From NCBI GenBank assembly GCA_040954595.2, contig CM082587.2:3790275-3854274 (forward strand): DNA of 64,000 nucleotides, in the 5' to 3' direction. Below, piece by piece: positions 36,901-50,160 of this stretch. The position numbers and the translations under genes were made by a program. The stretch's first letter is position 1, and every line of letters begins with the position of its first letter. Under the pieces are notes generated by a model, which was given only the letters and a program-made list of their open reading frames with translations, was not told the origin of the DNA and did not search any database. This DNA comes from Balanoglossus misakiensis (Eukaryota; Animalia; Hemichordata).

Positions 36901-39900
36901 TAAACCCAGAGACTGCCAAGTATTTTCATGTAGTCGCACATGTATGTAAGTGTCCAGTTGGAGTATAGTGTTGCATTCAACCACCTGTTTCACTGTGTTG
37001 GGTGCCAGTCAGATATTCCAGAAACGTTGAATGTTGGGTGTATTAGAATGTCATGACTTGTCTCTCCTCTATGCTTACTTTGTAATGTATCCAGCATTTT
37101 GATATCGTCAATTGCAAGTTTAATCCCAAAATTGAAAGTAGCATGCGAAAATACATGCAGTGTATTGGGTGATAAACACTCCATACATGTACATGCGATA
37201 TGTACATTATGCAACCTATAGACAATTCTCTTGATTCTCTTGGCTGCGATGAGAATTTCAATTTAGACTCATCTTTGATTCATCTGTGATTCTTCATGCG
37301 GCCCAGATGCATAGAGATGAATCACAGATTTTAGCATTCAGGAATAGCATTTAGGGTGACTCTCGTGGTCGCCCGTAAATGCCAAGAGACATGCCTTGGA
37401 AGTGTGATGATTAAATTTCAAGTCTATTAATAGAAGAGATCTTGGTTGTCTTCAGGTGTACATTTTGTAGTCTGAATGTAATTCTGGAGAGCTGTCTCTC
37501 GTATGGTTTCATTCCAGTGTTTACAGTACACATAAAATTCTAGCAAATGATGATGATGAGATAAGCGATAAGGAAATGAGCAATAAGCATAGAAACCATC
37601 TTCTTTGAACACAAAACCCCGATGATAAACTGAAGCCAGGCAATGTGTATTGTATGTAACACAGCACATATTTCACATAATGCCTGTGGGTGAAACTTGA
37701 TCAGGTCAGTCGGCAGTAATATCTACTTAAAATCTGCTAAACGTGCTGTATAGCAGTTATCAGCTGCAATTATGGCAATTATTTATTGCAAGTTGGCAGG
37801 TTTTAGTTGTACATTCGCGGGATGATTAATAGCACCTATATTGGCAGATCTTATAACAACTGTATTAGAAGACGAAATTGATTTTCCAAGGTGGTATTAA
37901 TAACGACCGTGTAAGGCTAGAAATAATTATCTGATAGTGTCAAATCTGATTCGTCACTGTGTAATAAATGAGGGTATTAAGTTTTTCTTAGAAATGAGCT
38001 GGGAGAGGATACTTGTTTCAGCTCCAAATGAAATAGTTTGTGAAAAGTGCATTGTGTCACCGCGATTATGTGCTACTGTAATTTCCTCAGTGTACTGTTT
38101 GCTGGGTCATTGTACTGGTGATTGAATCAAGCATCGCACTGTGTACAAGCGAATACAATGCAGTGGAAATTAGCTCGGCGTGGCATTTGGACGCAGGGTG
38201 CTTGAAATTTTGTTTGATTGTGAGTGATATGGCAAGCCGTGGTAAGATCATCATTATCTCATACAGACCCACTCAGCTATGCACATACACCCCCACACAC
38301 TTATAAGCAGGTCTGTCCCTATTGGGTATCTGTGATTGGAAAACTTTTCAAAATATTTATGATTGCTTCAGTCACATAATTGTGTCCTACAATGTACATT
38401 TGTACTTCTGGATGTGGTCTGTGACCACCTGTTGATTACTCACAATTTACTGGTAGTGCTTTTTTTAAAGGACTGAAGAAATTGTTCAGTTTGCAGAGGT
38501 GTTCAGTTTATAGAGGCTGATCAAATCCACAGTCAACTCCATGTGATTGCATTCACATGAGACCTGTCTCAATAAAAATCATCCATTGACATGTCTGAAT
38601 CTTCCTAACCAAAACTTTAATTACCCCAATGACAATGCACAAAGTTCTATTACTCTTTCCAGGGCATGTACTTGCTTAGTGTAGGCTCTGTTGCTAGTTA
38701 TGTGCTTTTACTTGTACTTTCCCAATCAACTTGCGATAATGAGGAATTTCAATCATAATAACCTCGCAAATTTAATGCCTGGTGGCTGTATTTCATTTAT
38801 CCTCCCAAGATGTCATCCTTCAACTTCTATTTAGATGGTTAGGATGAATTTGATAAATGATAGGTGCCAGGGCCTCCATCATAAAAACCTGTGCCTGTTT
38901 ATGATCTTACATATATAGCATCATTTTATCTATACTTTCAGTTCTTGTGGTATCTCTGTCCCTGGACTAATTCTCCTCTCCTATTTTAATTTCTTTCCAG
39001 GCACCGTGATTTTATGAAGGACTGTCCCAGTGGAGCTTTACGCAAAGAAGTAAGTTGATCAAAAGAAGTGGTGATATTTCTTTGGCACATTGGCAATCTG
39101 CAATCCAGTGGCTAGATGGTGGTAGCAGAAATGCGTGGGTTGGTGCCCATGCAGAGAAGCCAACATGAGAAAAATGGGAAAAAAAAATAACACGTGATAA
39201 CAATGGCCATATTTTTCTCACAGTGTACCACTACACACAGGAGAATGCGTCACATGAAACCGCAGCAGAGGGAAGAGATTATAATACTGTAATAGCGAGC
39301 GCGATGAGCAATTGTCTGACCTGAGCGGTTCGCGCTGCATCACCCAGACGTGCCCAGGGCAGTCAGTTCACATCCCAAATCAATTTCCACAATAACCACT
39401 TAGTCCATTTTGATCTTTGTAGCTGTTGCCATGGCAAAGCGAATTAAAATTCTTGCTGAGGCTCTCAGTGTGTCAGAGTGCTCCATGGGAACTGTTCAAC
39501 CCAGTCTCTATTGAATCAGTTGGACTTCAGTCCCCGGAATCCTGTAGATTCCTCCTTCTCTGCTGTGATAAACCAGCCTTAGCCCACAACAGTCTTCGTG
39601 CTTTTCGAGGAATTCATGATACAATAGCTTTGAGCGGAGAGTTTAACAAGAAGTACGAAACAAATGTCCTTGGGATTCAGTTGCTTATGAATCAGGTGAT
39701 TGACAGCGAAATCGGGGTTCAACAACCATCAGTACAAACGGGCTTTCTTTAAAAAGGTTGAAATTTTCAAAATTCAAAGAATCTCTTTCAGAAATTCATA
39801 TGGCAAGTGGGCATCTTTATTTTTTGCATTCAACTGATAAGAGCAATTTCATGTGACGTGAATTTTAATTACGTGGGAAGGCCAAATGTCACGATAACTT

Positions 39901-42900
39901 TGAATGTGTAGGGGTGAATATTCTTGGCAATTATACTGCACTTACAAGTCATGAGGAAACCTGTGAACTCCAGCAAAGATGTAGTCGCTTTATAACTGCG
40001 GAAGCTTATTTATGTCAGACATTTTGGGCATTCAATTGGTTACTTGCCTACACACAGGCACGTTTGTCTTCTCAAAGTGATTTGTGTCTTGTGTTATTTT
40101 GTATCGTACTGCCTATCTGCATTTTATCTGTACCCATTATTTTGGTCTACCAGGGAATTTTCTTCTTATGTGTCTCCCCCCTTTATTCTCACAACGTGAG
40201 CTTTGCTCCATCAACTCAGACTTGTTTTCACTTCAGTGCAAATAATCCAGACGGTAGAACCTAGGGAATCTAAAAAATCTAATCCGAAAAGCTCTAAGTC
40301 CATTACAGCTAAAGCCTGATGTCAGCACTACTGACCTGGAAAACTGAGTGTTTAAGGAAATGTCAGTGGAACTTAGCGCGGGGGTGGTGTTTATTTGCCG
40401 ATACAACTTACAAAAGAAATGTTTGAAATAATTTATGACGTGACTTTCTCTTTTAGCCTATTTTATGTCATTATTGTACAGACACTACTTTAAATGCAAG
40501 TGTTACATTTGAGGAAATGTTGGTACTCGAAAACATATCCAGATTTACTGCTTTATATGCTACATGGACGGGGTAAATCTGATTCTAATGCACCAGTGCA
40601 AAATACACTAGAGGATGTGCATGTATATTACATGTAAGAGTCTTGAATTGTGCATAGGAAATTGTATGCATTACCGGTACTAACTGGGCAGTGCTTAGAG
40701 TAATTCAGTATTAGGATAAGTGCACCCTGTATGACCAAAGATAAATTAGATATCTACATTGGGTAATTTTTGTTTTCCAAGGCTGGGCGGTAATCCTTTG
40801 TGATACAAACAAGTATCGTAACGGCTTTTGACAGTATTCTGAAACAACCATTTTGTATATATGAAAATTAGTTTGAGATTTGAAGCTAGTTCTTCATGTA
40901 CATGCTTCTGTGGACAGGATTAATCATAGACTGTCTGTGGCTTAATAAAGTTGGTGCTTGAGTATTATAAGAGTCTAAATGGAAAAAAGGGGGATTTGGT
41001 TGACTTCCTGTACAAAAAATAGCTTAGATGGTGCATCATCCTGTCCGGATCCTGACTTTTGACCCCGGAGCGCTATACAGTCACATGGGAATTAATCAGT
41101 TCAAAGCAAAGAGTTGAATCATATCAGGACCTCATCTGACATTTTTAAAAGAAATTAGACTTCAATTCCCATAACCCCTGAGACAAACATGGGATGATTG
41201 TTGGGTTCACTATGCAAATAAAACTGGCACATAACTTGTCATTTCCGTTTCATTGATCTCGTTCTGTGGTCTCTAAAAAGCAGATACTTTTATACCACTT
41301 CCCCAGTGTGTTTATATCGGAAAAATGATCAGATTACAAGCGGGCTACAAGCATTTATGTCCTTGTTAATGCATCAGATTCCGTTAATGACCTTGATACA
41401 TCACCTCTGCAGTGTAGACTTCTTTGATACAAATTCCTGTGTGGGGTTTGAATAATTTAACAGAATTTCTGCAACAGGATTCTTGTTTTTATTTTCTCAG
41501 CTGGTTAACAATTTTTATCTGGAGTATTAAAAGTGACTCATTGGGACATGATGAATTACATCACTTTGGCATTTTGGTGGACATTTGGACTTTAACAATT
41601 GACCGATTAATTCTTATCATTATTGGCATATAGTAATGTGAAATGCATATCAGTCCATCTTGTATGTAGGCGGTTGGGTGAAAAAAATTCTCAGTATGGC
41701 TACTATTTTACGGTAATATGAGAATCTCTATTTCAGAGTTAACCCCAGATTGAAGGATGTGGTTGCCATGCAACCATTCCTGATGGGAGTCATTAAGTTT
41801 CATAGGAAAACATAATCATGGTGGTTGTGGTTATATAGGTAAAACTGAATATGCAGGCTTCCCCTGTGAATGTAGACATTTGTTTGTGTTTCTCACCTCC
41901 ACTGGTACAGCTATCAATGAATAAAATTGTGTCTTAATAGCGTGGTCGCTATGTGAGTCGTCAAGTCAAATCACCATTGACAGTATATGTGTTTACTGCG
42001 CAGTAACTCCCCAATGACTGACTGTCACACCCAAAATATCACAGTCAGCTGTCTTTCTTGCAATGTGGTGAGCTGAGGCCATTCAGCAGCTGTGACCTGT
42101 CAACATACATTCCATGCTTGGAAAATTTGACCTTGAGATAAAAAAAGGAAAATTGAATATGATCATGCTTGTGATGCTAACGGTGAATCTGTATATTAAA
42201 TGTTGAGAGCACTTGGTTTGAAAGTCACGCAAACACTTCCCAATGTGTTTTTGAGAATATCCAGCTTGAGCTGGAGCTGTCTTATGCAGTCAAGTATTTG
42301 ACCATGGAATTACCTGATTACATGCTTGAACTTTCAAAAATCCTTGGACAGTAAAAAACGTAGGACCAACATTTGATTTTGTTTCTCATCCCCAAACTAT
42401 AACACAGCTTTGTCTGTTTTCTGTCTTCCAGGAGTTTCAAACAATTTACCAACAGTTTTTCCCAAATGGGGATCCAAGCAAGTTTGCAAACTTTGTGTTT
42501 AATGTTTTCGATTCAGATAAGGTAAGTGTTGACTACCATTGTATATTTATCAAAACAAGCGCCATCGCTGTTGTACCACTCAAGCTGCAGATGGACTGGA
42601 AAAAATGATGAGCATGCAGTGACCTCTGTAAACTGGCATACTTTGACTTTTTGTTGTGTCTGTATGTGCCTTGTGGTTGCATTCTAGTTCACTTGGGTCA
42701 AGGTTCAAACAAATTTTCTGATAAATTGAATGTCACTGCTTGTTGCCGTGACATTTTGATGCCAATTTTCTTCTATCCATATGGCCCCCTAGATGCCAGC
42801 ATTGAACACATTATCCAAAGTTGTAATCCATGAGCACATAATTATGCAAATATAAACTACATTTTCTGTCTGTATTTACAAAGCATACATCAGTGTTAGT

Positions 42901-45900
42901 GATACATAAGCGTAATGTATTGTATGATTGGAGAAATTCGATCTATTTTTCACATTGTGACAAGTTATTTTATTACCCTGCCCAGTCATTACCAAGAAGA
43001 AAAAAGCAATTATCAGCGTATTAGCGAACCTCCAAATTTGCAGTAATTGCATGTTCTCGTCAAAAGACTTCTATTAGTGCAATTTCCCAACCCTCAGCTA
43101 CCTGTAAACAGCGTCTGTATGTTGGCCAATCAGTCGCATTCTCTGGCTGCATCATTGCCGCACGGGAGGTCAAGACTGCGCAGTCAAAACTTCAATTTTC
43201 ATCAAAGTCAGGGAATATACACATAATGATTGATAGAGCTCAGTAGCTGCAGCAGACAGTCCGTGGGTTACAGAAGTTAATTTCACGAGTGGTGCAGTGT
43301 ATGCAGTGGCTGTGCTATTACTCGCTGTACTCAGGGCATTACCGGAGAATTGCACCATGTTATCACTCATGAAAACAACTTCTGTAACCTCACAGATATT
43401 CACACCAAGTCTTGAGGTTCTGTAACATCGTTCCTCGATCGCCTGATGCATTGTATCGTTTGCAATTGAGGGCAAGGACATATTGATGTTTTTCAACCAG
43501 TCAGCATAAATAACACACACAAATAAGACCTCTAAATCAGATAAGTGTGATTTCTGACTCTGTATTTTCAGGACGGTTATATCACATTTAAAGAATTCAT
43601 CTGTGCTTTATCAGTGACATCAAGAGGCACTCTCGATGAAAAGTTAGATTGTGAGTATCGCCGTGTTACCATGGTAATCCATCCTTTTGTCAACCATAAA
43701 ACCTCCTCGCATGGATGGATTTTATTTCCGATTATTCTGATACTCTCGTACAGTTTTACAACGCATTAATAAACCCATGTGGCATAAACCTTGTTTGCAT
43801 TCATGGTTCGTAACAACCAACTAGAAATGCTGAAGAGCCTCTTTAATGTGAAATTCAATGCAATTATCATATATTCTGTCTTCCCCAATCCTTTCTGTAG
43901 GGGCTTTTAATTTATATGACTTAGACAATGATGGATACATAACCAGGCAAGAGATGCTGGACATCGTAGATGCAATCTATAAGATGGTGGTAAGTACCTC
44001 TGTTTACCTTCAGTGACACAGATAAGGAAATGCAGTTTGGGGAGAGGGGGGGGGACATCTTTTTTTCTTCACGATTCATCATTTAACGAGTTTGATATTT
44101 TAACTGAGTGTTTTGTTACATTTTTGCAGGGCAACATGTTAGATCTTCCCAAAGATGAAGACACGCCCGAGAAGAGAGTCAATAAAATATTCTCACAAAT
44201 GGACACGGTGAGTGTGATCTCTACGTGTGATTCAACAAAGTGTGGCATTGTGTTCGAACCATGATGTTTTCCTGGCTTCTCTCCCTGCGTGTTTTTCGCA
44301 CGCACCAATTGAGTCATCGGATTTATCGGCCAGCTCTTTCAGTTACCGTCGTCAAGGTGACCGCAGTTGTGGCTGAAAGATGCGTTGCTCCCGGCGCCCT
44401 CCGTGATTCCCCGGCCCCAGAAGGGAATCACAGAAAAAAGAGACTTTAGCCACGGGTGGGCCTGTCTGTCTATCATATGACATCATTATCGGGGCACCCC
44501 ATGGGTTTGCCTTCCACGCAGGGAACTGCGTCAGTCCGCGGATGACATCACTTGAGATCACGAAGTTGTCGCAAGTTAACCATGATGGAGTACTGGATTG
44601 TCCATTTGCACTCAGGGGCAAAATTTTGTCAGTTACCGGGATTTGACGTGCCCTCTGTCAGTGACATTTTACACCTGACATACATGTACTGAGATGAATA
44701 TATTCAAGAGTATCAAGTTTAGAAAACTGACTCAGAGCAATTTCAATACATCACAAAAAAATCAATATCTTTCGGATAACTGTCGTCACATAAAATTTGT
44801 ACATCACCGTTGAAAATAAAGCCAGAGAGAGAGAAAGGGGATCTCAGTTTCCATCTGCAATAGGCTCATTCATCATTAATTGCACAAATGGCAAGTTTGG
44901 CATCATTCCATGTGCTTCACGTCATAACAGACGAATCAGGCGTACATCCTATATGAAAGAAAGACCATCTCAAGCCATGAAAAATTAATGATACCCTGGT
45001 ACAGTGCTATATTTGGTGATGATCTCTAACCAAGATGCAGTGCATGGAACATTGAGCATGGTTCAATGTTGACATCAGTCTGGTTGCTAGGGATTTAGAT
45101 GTGCATTTGAACATACATGTACGCATCATTCCCAGTCAGTTTTTCGTCACCAAATGGTAACACTAACAGCATTATGCAAGATTCTGGGTATTTCTGTGTG
45201 ACTGGCAACTAGCCAGATGTTTGCTCTGAACACATACATGTTTGTGATCGCAGAAATTCAGCATTCAAAATATGGGTTCTGTTGCCATGGCTACTGTGAA
45301 TGTTAATCATAAATTGTCGTGTTTTCCCTCATTCCCAAAGGTGCCCTTATTTGACATTTATCTTACGGATAATGCAATAGTGTGGAGTCAGGAAAGCACT
45401 AGTTTTACATGTACACCTGACAGCTGCGTTATTAGACTTCCATGAGAATACCTTAAAGGCCTGTGTATGATCTTAATTAAAGGTGCAACTCTCCATCCCT
45501 GTGGCCCCACTCAAGGGTGCATGATATGAAAGTATTGCCTTTTCTTCAAATGTTACTTGTGGAGTTTTATAGTCTGAAAGATTCACAACTCATTACATAA
45601 TTCTCTGTAATATGTACCGGTATATTATTTACGCAATTGTATGATAAATATTCACTTTTTTCTTGTTTATACAAAAAAACAGCATGCCTGATTTCATAAT
45701 TGTTCAGTGGAACCCACTTTGAGATCCCTTTAATGGTCTAAAGATCCAGCCATTATCAGCATTATCCAGGTAAAGCTGCTCAAATTACGGAGATATGTAT
45801 GGTCGGTGATTTATAGAGATAATAGACAACCTACTGACCAACGGCAATTAAGGGTGCACTATGAAAACATCAAATTTGTCTCCTCTGATAAGATCGCATA

Positions 45901-47489
45901 GAGAATTGCTAGAAAAACTACTTGAACTGTCGTCATTTTCTAGAAATTTTGCACAGAGCCCAATCAAAGGAAATTAAATTCAGCGATCGAATGAAACCAT
46001 ACGGTCACTGTGCTCCATTTTTGAGATAAACTTCATTGAATATTTTTGCCCGTAGGAAAAAAAAACTGTAATAGGATCTAGAATGCTTCTGAACAGACAC
46101 TCAAACACGTCAGCAGTAGTCCGACTCTGCATTCTATACAAATATAGAAATGTATTACATGTACTAGTATACAATTGAATGCCATAGGTTACGGCTGTAC
46201 GTGTAGTACGTGTAGATGTGTGATACAGCACATAAAAGGGACGATATCTGTAACACGAGCCATGTTTTTTAATGCTTTTTAGCAATTTTCAGCTGTCTCT
46301 GTGTTTTCTATCCATCCATCAACTTTCTCATGACATTAAATTATTGTGGAAATATTTACAATCCATTTCCGCCTGCACTAAGTCATCACAACCCTTGAGC
46401 AAATTTCCTTTGGTTGCGCAATATTTACCTGATTATTTTTTAGAGATATTTCTTTGAGGATACATAAGTCCAGGCTTGTGAAACGGTAGACCAAAAACAT
46501 GATGATTAGTGTTACGTCTGGCATGTTTTACTATCAAGGAAAATTGATGACGTTCAATCTTGATTTAGAGCAGAAAAAAACTAATGTTGCCTTTAACAGC
46601 AATATCTGAAAGGATTGAATTACATTGTGTGAACGTCTGCGGATTTCTTTCTTGACAATATTCCTCTGGAAAATGTTGAAAAACATGGATTCTTTGTATA
46701 GGGTCAGGTTACGTGTATAATTTCAACTGCCTGCTTCAAAACTTTTGCACAGGGCTATTCTGTGGTTTGTCACTGTTTGTATACGCAGTACGTGTTCTAA
46801 CACCAGCTTAAAAAAAAAACGTTATTTCAGATGTGGTTTGTTGCTGTGGGTTATAGTCAGAGGCACTTCCTTGATTGCAGAAAGCTTTTTACTCCGTGGA
46901 TGATTGTGTCAAGGATTTCACTTAGCTCCGCTGTACAGTTCCTGTTCACTGGAGCCGAACTCAATCTCTGATGAAAGAAACTTTGTAGGCGTTGACGACA
47001 CCTTAGCAACCCCTTGCTTGCCAGTTTCAGTGCAAGGATACACCTGAAAATATCTGTGAAATATGTTTCCCACTGGGGGGGGGGGGAGGGGGGAGGGTCT
47101 CTGAAGATTGGTATGGAGAAATTACATTGGTGCATGGGCATGACTTGCAACAGACATGACATGTTAATGAGCATCAATCAATCAATCAATCAGAGAAATT
47201 TGTATAGCGCCAGTATCTATAACAAGTGTCATACTCAAAGGCGCTTGCACTCATTGGCCCACACCATATGCTCTTGCGAAAAAATGCGTCTTCAGTCTTT
47301 TCTTAATATTAATGAGTTGCCGGTATTCCTGTCAACCTAGGTAGAACCTCATACACTAACATAATATATTGTCTCTCTTCCACATGTACACAGAATAAAG
47401 ACGGCAAACTGACGAGGGACGAATTCAGGGAAGGCTCAAAGTGTGACCCGTGGATAGTACAGGCATTATCCTTAGAGATTCCCCAGTAA
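29545..47489 (+). CDS. Neuronal calcium sensor (NCS-1/frequenin family), 189 aa, N-myristoylation motif
   Basis: Absent from the ORF track except for one fragment. Exons 29545-29608, 30977-31001 (25-nt microexon), 39001-39049, 42432-42521, 43572-43650, 43901-43989, 44130-44207 and 47394-47489 give [191 protein letters not shown]1 carries the disabling CP motif; EF2-EF4 are intact. Confidence 0.95.
30283..30320. mobile_element. 24-bp TIR-only transposon derivative with a 7-bp target-site duplication
   Basis: TCTATAA|CACAGTCCCTC-TT-GAGGGACTGTG|TCTATAA. Confidence 0.6.
30943..30969 (+). repeat. (CT)n tract acting as the polypyrimidine tract of the 25-nt NCS microexon
   Basis: The CT repeat lies just upstream of the acceptor aaacag at 30976. 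Confidence 0.8.
33185..33252. repeat. Near-perfect inverted repeat (arms about 33 bp)
   Basis: ttttttttgtccatcatccaacgggcgataaca-g-tgttttcgcccattggatgatggacaaaaaaaa, with two mismatches. Confidence 0.85.
33286..33376 (-). mobile_element. Degraded tRNA-derived (SINE-head-like) sequence
   Basis: The minus strand has an A-box-like TGTGGCCTAGTGGTCAAG (partly duplicated as TGGTGGTCAAG) and a B-box-like GGGTTCAATACC. There is no intact cloverleaf. Confidence 0.45.
47173..47340 (-). mobile_element. 3' end of an L2/CR1-group LINE (5'-truncated)
   Basis: The minus strand encodes [17 protein letters not shown], typical of an L2 ORF2 C-terminus. It is followed by the stem-loop AGCGCCTTTGAG...GGCGCTATACAAAT and a (TGAT)n tail. 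Confidence 0.75.
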
Positions 47490-48449
47490 CATCAGAAGCA
47501 ATAGGCCCCCCGGATAAACCCATCTTGAGCAACTCAATCAAGAAACACCACGGCCGGAGGTATCCAGAAGAAACGGCAAGGAGCAAGAACTTTTTATCAA
47601 GTTTAAAAACTCGCCCACGATTGATGAATTTATTACGTCCTTTTCCAAGTTTATCATGCACAGTTATGTACATTTCTACTCGCTTTTTGTTGTCACTTTC
47701 TGGCACAAGATTGTAAATAATTAAATTATTGTAAGGCTGATATTTAAATGGATCGCTATACTTTTTTGGAAACTATTCTTCATCATCTGAATGACAGGTG
47801 ATGTGTGTTATTATGTAGTGTTTGAGGTCAAGGGTCACACAGGCTTTATGTGTGCTAATTACGATTTAATAGAATTCATTACTTTGCAGCCAAAGTTCAC
47901 CATGAATAATTATCAGTCTAGTTAAGTAGTAATTTCAGATTTTAATTTACCATTTGTAAGACAATGACATCCTACTGATGTTTTAAAAATGATTTCTCGT
48001 TATTTTTAGCTATTTATTTCCAGTATAATTACTAGAAATTCAGATCTAGAATTATTTTCACTGTATGATCTGAGACTATGGCAGTTACGGAAACTTCAAA
48101 TGAAATGTGAAAGAAACAGAAATTCCTCACAAAAACGGTTGTTAACACCTATTTAAACAACTTTGTACTTTTAAGAAAATCCATAATTTTAGAAGTGAAA
48201 ATAGTTTGTGTTTTTGGCAACCAGTAGAAGTTAATTATTTTATGAGACTTAATTAAGAAATTTCGCATGATTTGGGAAATGCGTCCACTTGTTCATAGAT
48301 GAGGTAATTTTAGACAAAAGTTATATTTTTCACTGCCAGTAAGAAGTGGTGAAAAATCTTGAAAACAGACTCGGTAAATGTCATGTTGGCAAGTGTCCCC
48401 TTCATCAAGAATGTTTTCTGGAGTTACTTTAGTAGTGTATCCCTCCTCA

Positions 48450-48544
48450 GGACAGGCACCCCCTGGTCATTTTCTACCCACTACATCCAGCGTTAGTGTT
48501 AGGGATAAGGTTGAGGTGTCAAAGTGTCCAGGGGGTAACTGACC
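48450..48544. mobile_element. Short MITE-like element with an internal GTTAGG-like tract
   Basis: The left end ggacaggcaccccctggtca matches the reverse complement of the right end ggtcagttaccccctggaca at 16/20 positions. The interior contains gttagtgttagggataaggtt. Confidence 0.5.
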
Positions 48545-49187
48545 TAGATAGCCAAGCTAAGCAAAAAAAAGCCAGTGCTGCCATCATCTTGGATAATCTG
48601 TGTTGTATAAATTGCGTTTTAAAGGAAAACGTTTATTTGAAGCTTTTAAAGGATTTTTATGAAGTTTCATAAAGCTGTTAGAATTTTTAAAAACTTCTAT
48701 TTTGTGACATGTGATCTGTTCCCAACATGATAAACGCCTATCTGTATGGAGAGATAATCAAATCAGAAAAAAATTGCCTCAGACTAATATACATATACCT
48801 GTTACATAATTCAGTATTCACTGGAAAAAAAATCATTGTATTCATGTGTATTGGAAAATTTTGCCCCCCTTCTTCTTCAGCAAGTTGATCATAGCTTTTG
48901 TCTGGTTGTTAGGAGGATATTGCCATGGTGACATATCTGATGAACATTCTCATCTCAGAATAGGGGTGTGAATCCCACCTGTCCAACAACATATCAATTA
49001 CAAACTACCTGCTGTTAATTTTGCTGTTTAATAGCATAAAATATTTACCGTCACTGTTCAGTGTTCATCATTGCAATTTTTGAGAAAGAAAGCACTGTAC
49101 TCCTGGAATCTCCTGGAATTGTTACTTAATATTGATTTTGGCATTTACGATTTTGCTAATTTGGCAAAGACAATCTCTCATTCTGTC

Positions 49188-49419
49188 TTAAAGGGAAGCA
49201 GTCGTCGCGCCGCGTTTGTTTGTTTATAAACATTACAATTCATCCACAAATCCCTGATAATAGATTATTCTTAGAATGAACAAAGCAGCCAACCGTAGCG
49301 TAGACTGGGCATGACATCCTAGTAGGTCGTTGTGACTGCAGTGAGGTTTGTGCTGGTATGGGAGGACATATTCTCATCAAGGGGGACACCCACACGGCGC
49401 GACGACTGCTTCCCGTTAA
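49188..49419. mobile_element. Non-autonomous TTAA-targeting MITE (Kolobok-like termini), a different family from 26285
   Basis: TTAA|AGGGAAGCAGTCGTCGCGCCG ... CGGCGCGACGACTGCTTCCCG|TTAA: 21-bp TIRs with one terminal mismatch. Confidence 0.8.
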
Positions 49420-50160
49420 ATCCTGCAAATATTTGGCAATATTGCATTGATGAGGTCTGCCGCCCAGACCTACACAGCTACTCTTCTCAATTGTGTTGAT
49501 TTGTATATATTTTCCCTTCTTGTAACACCAGAAATGGTGACAAAATTTTGGCATTACGATCTCTATGAAGTATCCTGTTAGTTAGTCTAAATTAGAAACT
49601 CTGCAAGAGAATGAATAAAACGTTTCAGAAAGTTTTAACGATGGTGTCTATAATGATCAGAAAGTTTCTGTTTTTCTACCTTTCCTATGTCATTGGAAGT
49701 CATCTCTTCAACACTTTTGCAAAATATTTGTATATTGTACTATGATATGTATTACTCATTCTGGATCTTAATTATTCAAATGATCTCAGTTTTTGAGTTT
49801 GCTGTCTTTGGTTTTCGAGGAGTGTTTGAGTGTAAACACACTGAGTTTGATGCATTTTGTGTACGAGAGATTTCCTAAATCAACTCAAATAAATCAAGTT
49901 TGAGTAAGCGCATACATGGGTCCTTGTGATTTTTATGTATAGTATGACCCTCAGGCCTCGGAGCAAAGGGTTTTCTGGCCACTTTAGAAAGTTTGATATT
50001 CGCACGGCATTATGGGATTTCTGAGCTCGTCGCGTTGCCAGTGAGTCCCACCACACAACGACGGACCCAAACCTGACGAGACTCGCACTTTGATCCACGT
50101 CCACGTACAATTGACGCAAGTTAAGACTTTAGTTTTGTTATCATTTTAAACGAAGTTTGG

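Noticed and set aside
39172-39197. ATG GGA AAA AAA AAT AAC ACG TGA resembling a frequenin N-terminus (MGKKN) inside NCS intron 3
   Set aside because: It stops after 7 codons, has no splice donor and lies downstream of exon 3; an A-rich coincidence.
44240-44640. GC-richer patch in NCS intron 7 as an alternative terminal exon
   Set aside because: In-frame acceptors give only a few codons before a stop and no EF-hand similarity. It may be regulatory, but the sequence does not support that.
29545-47489. Horizontal transfer of the NCS gene from fungi
   Set aside because: Intron positions follow the animal NCS1 pattern and the introns are long and host-like.
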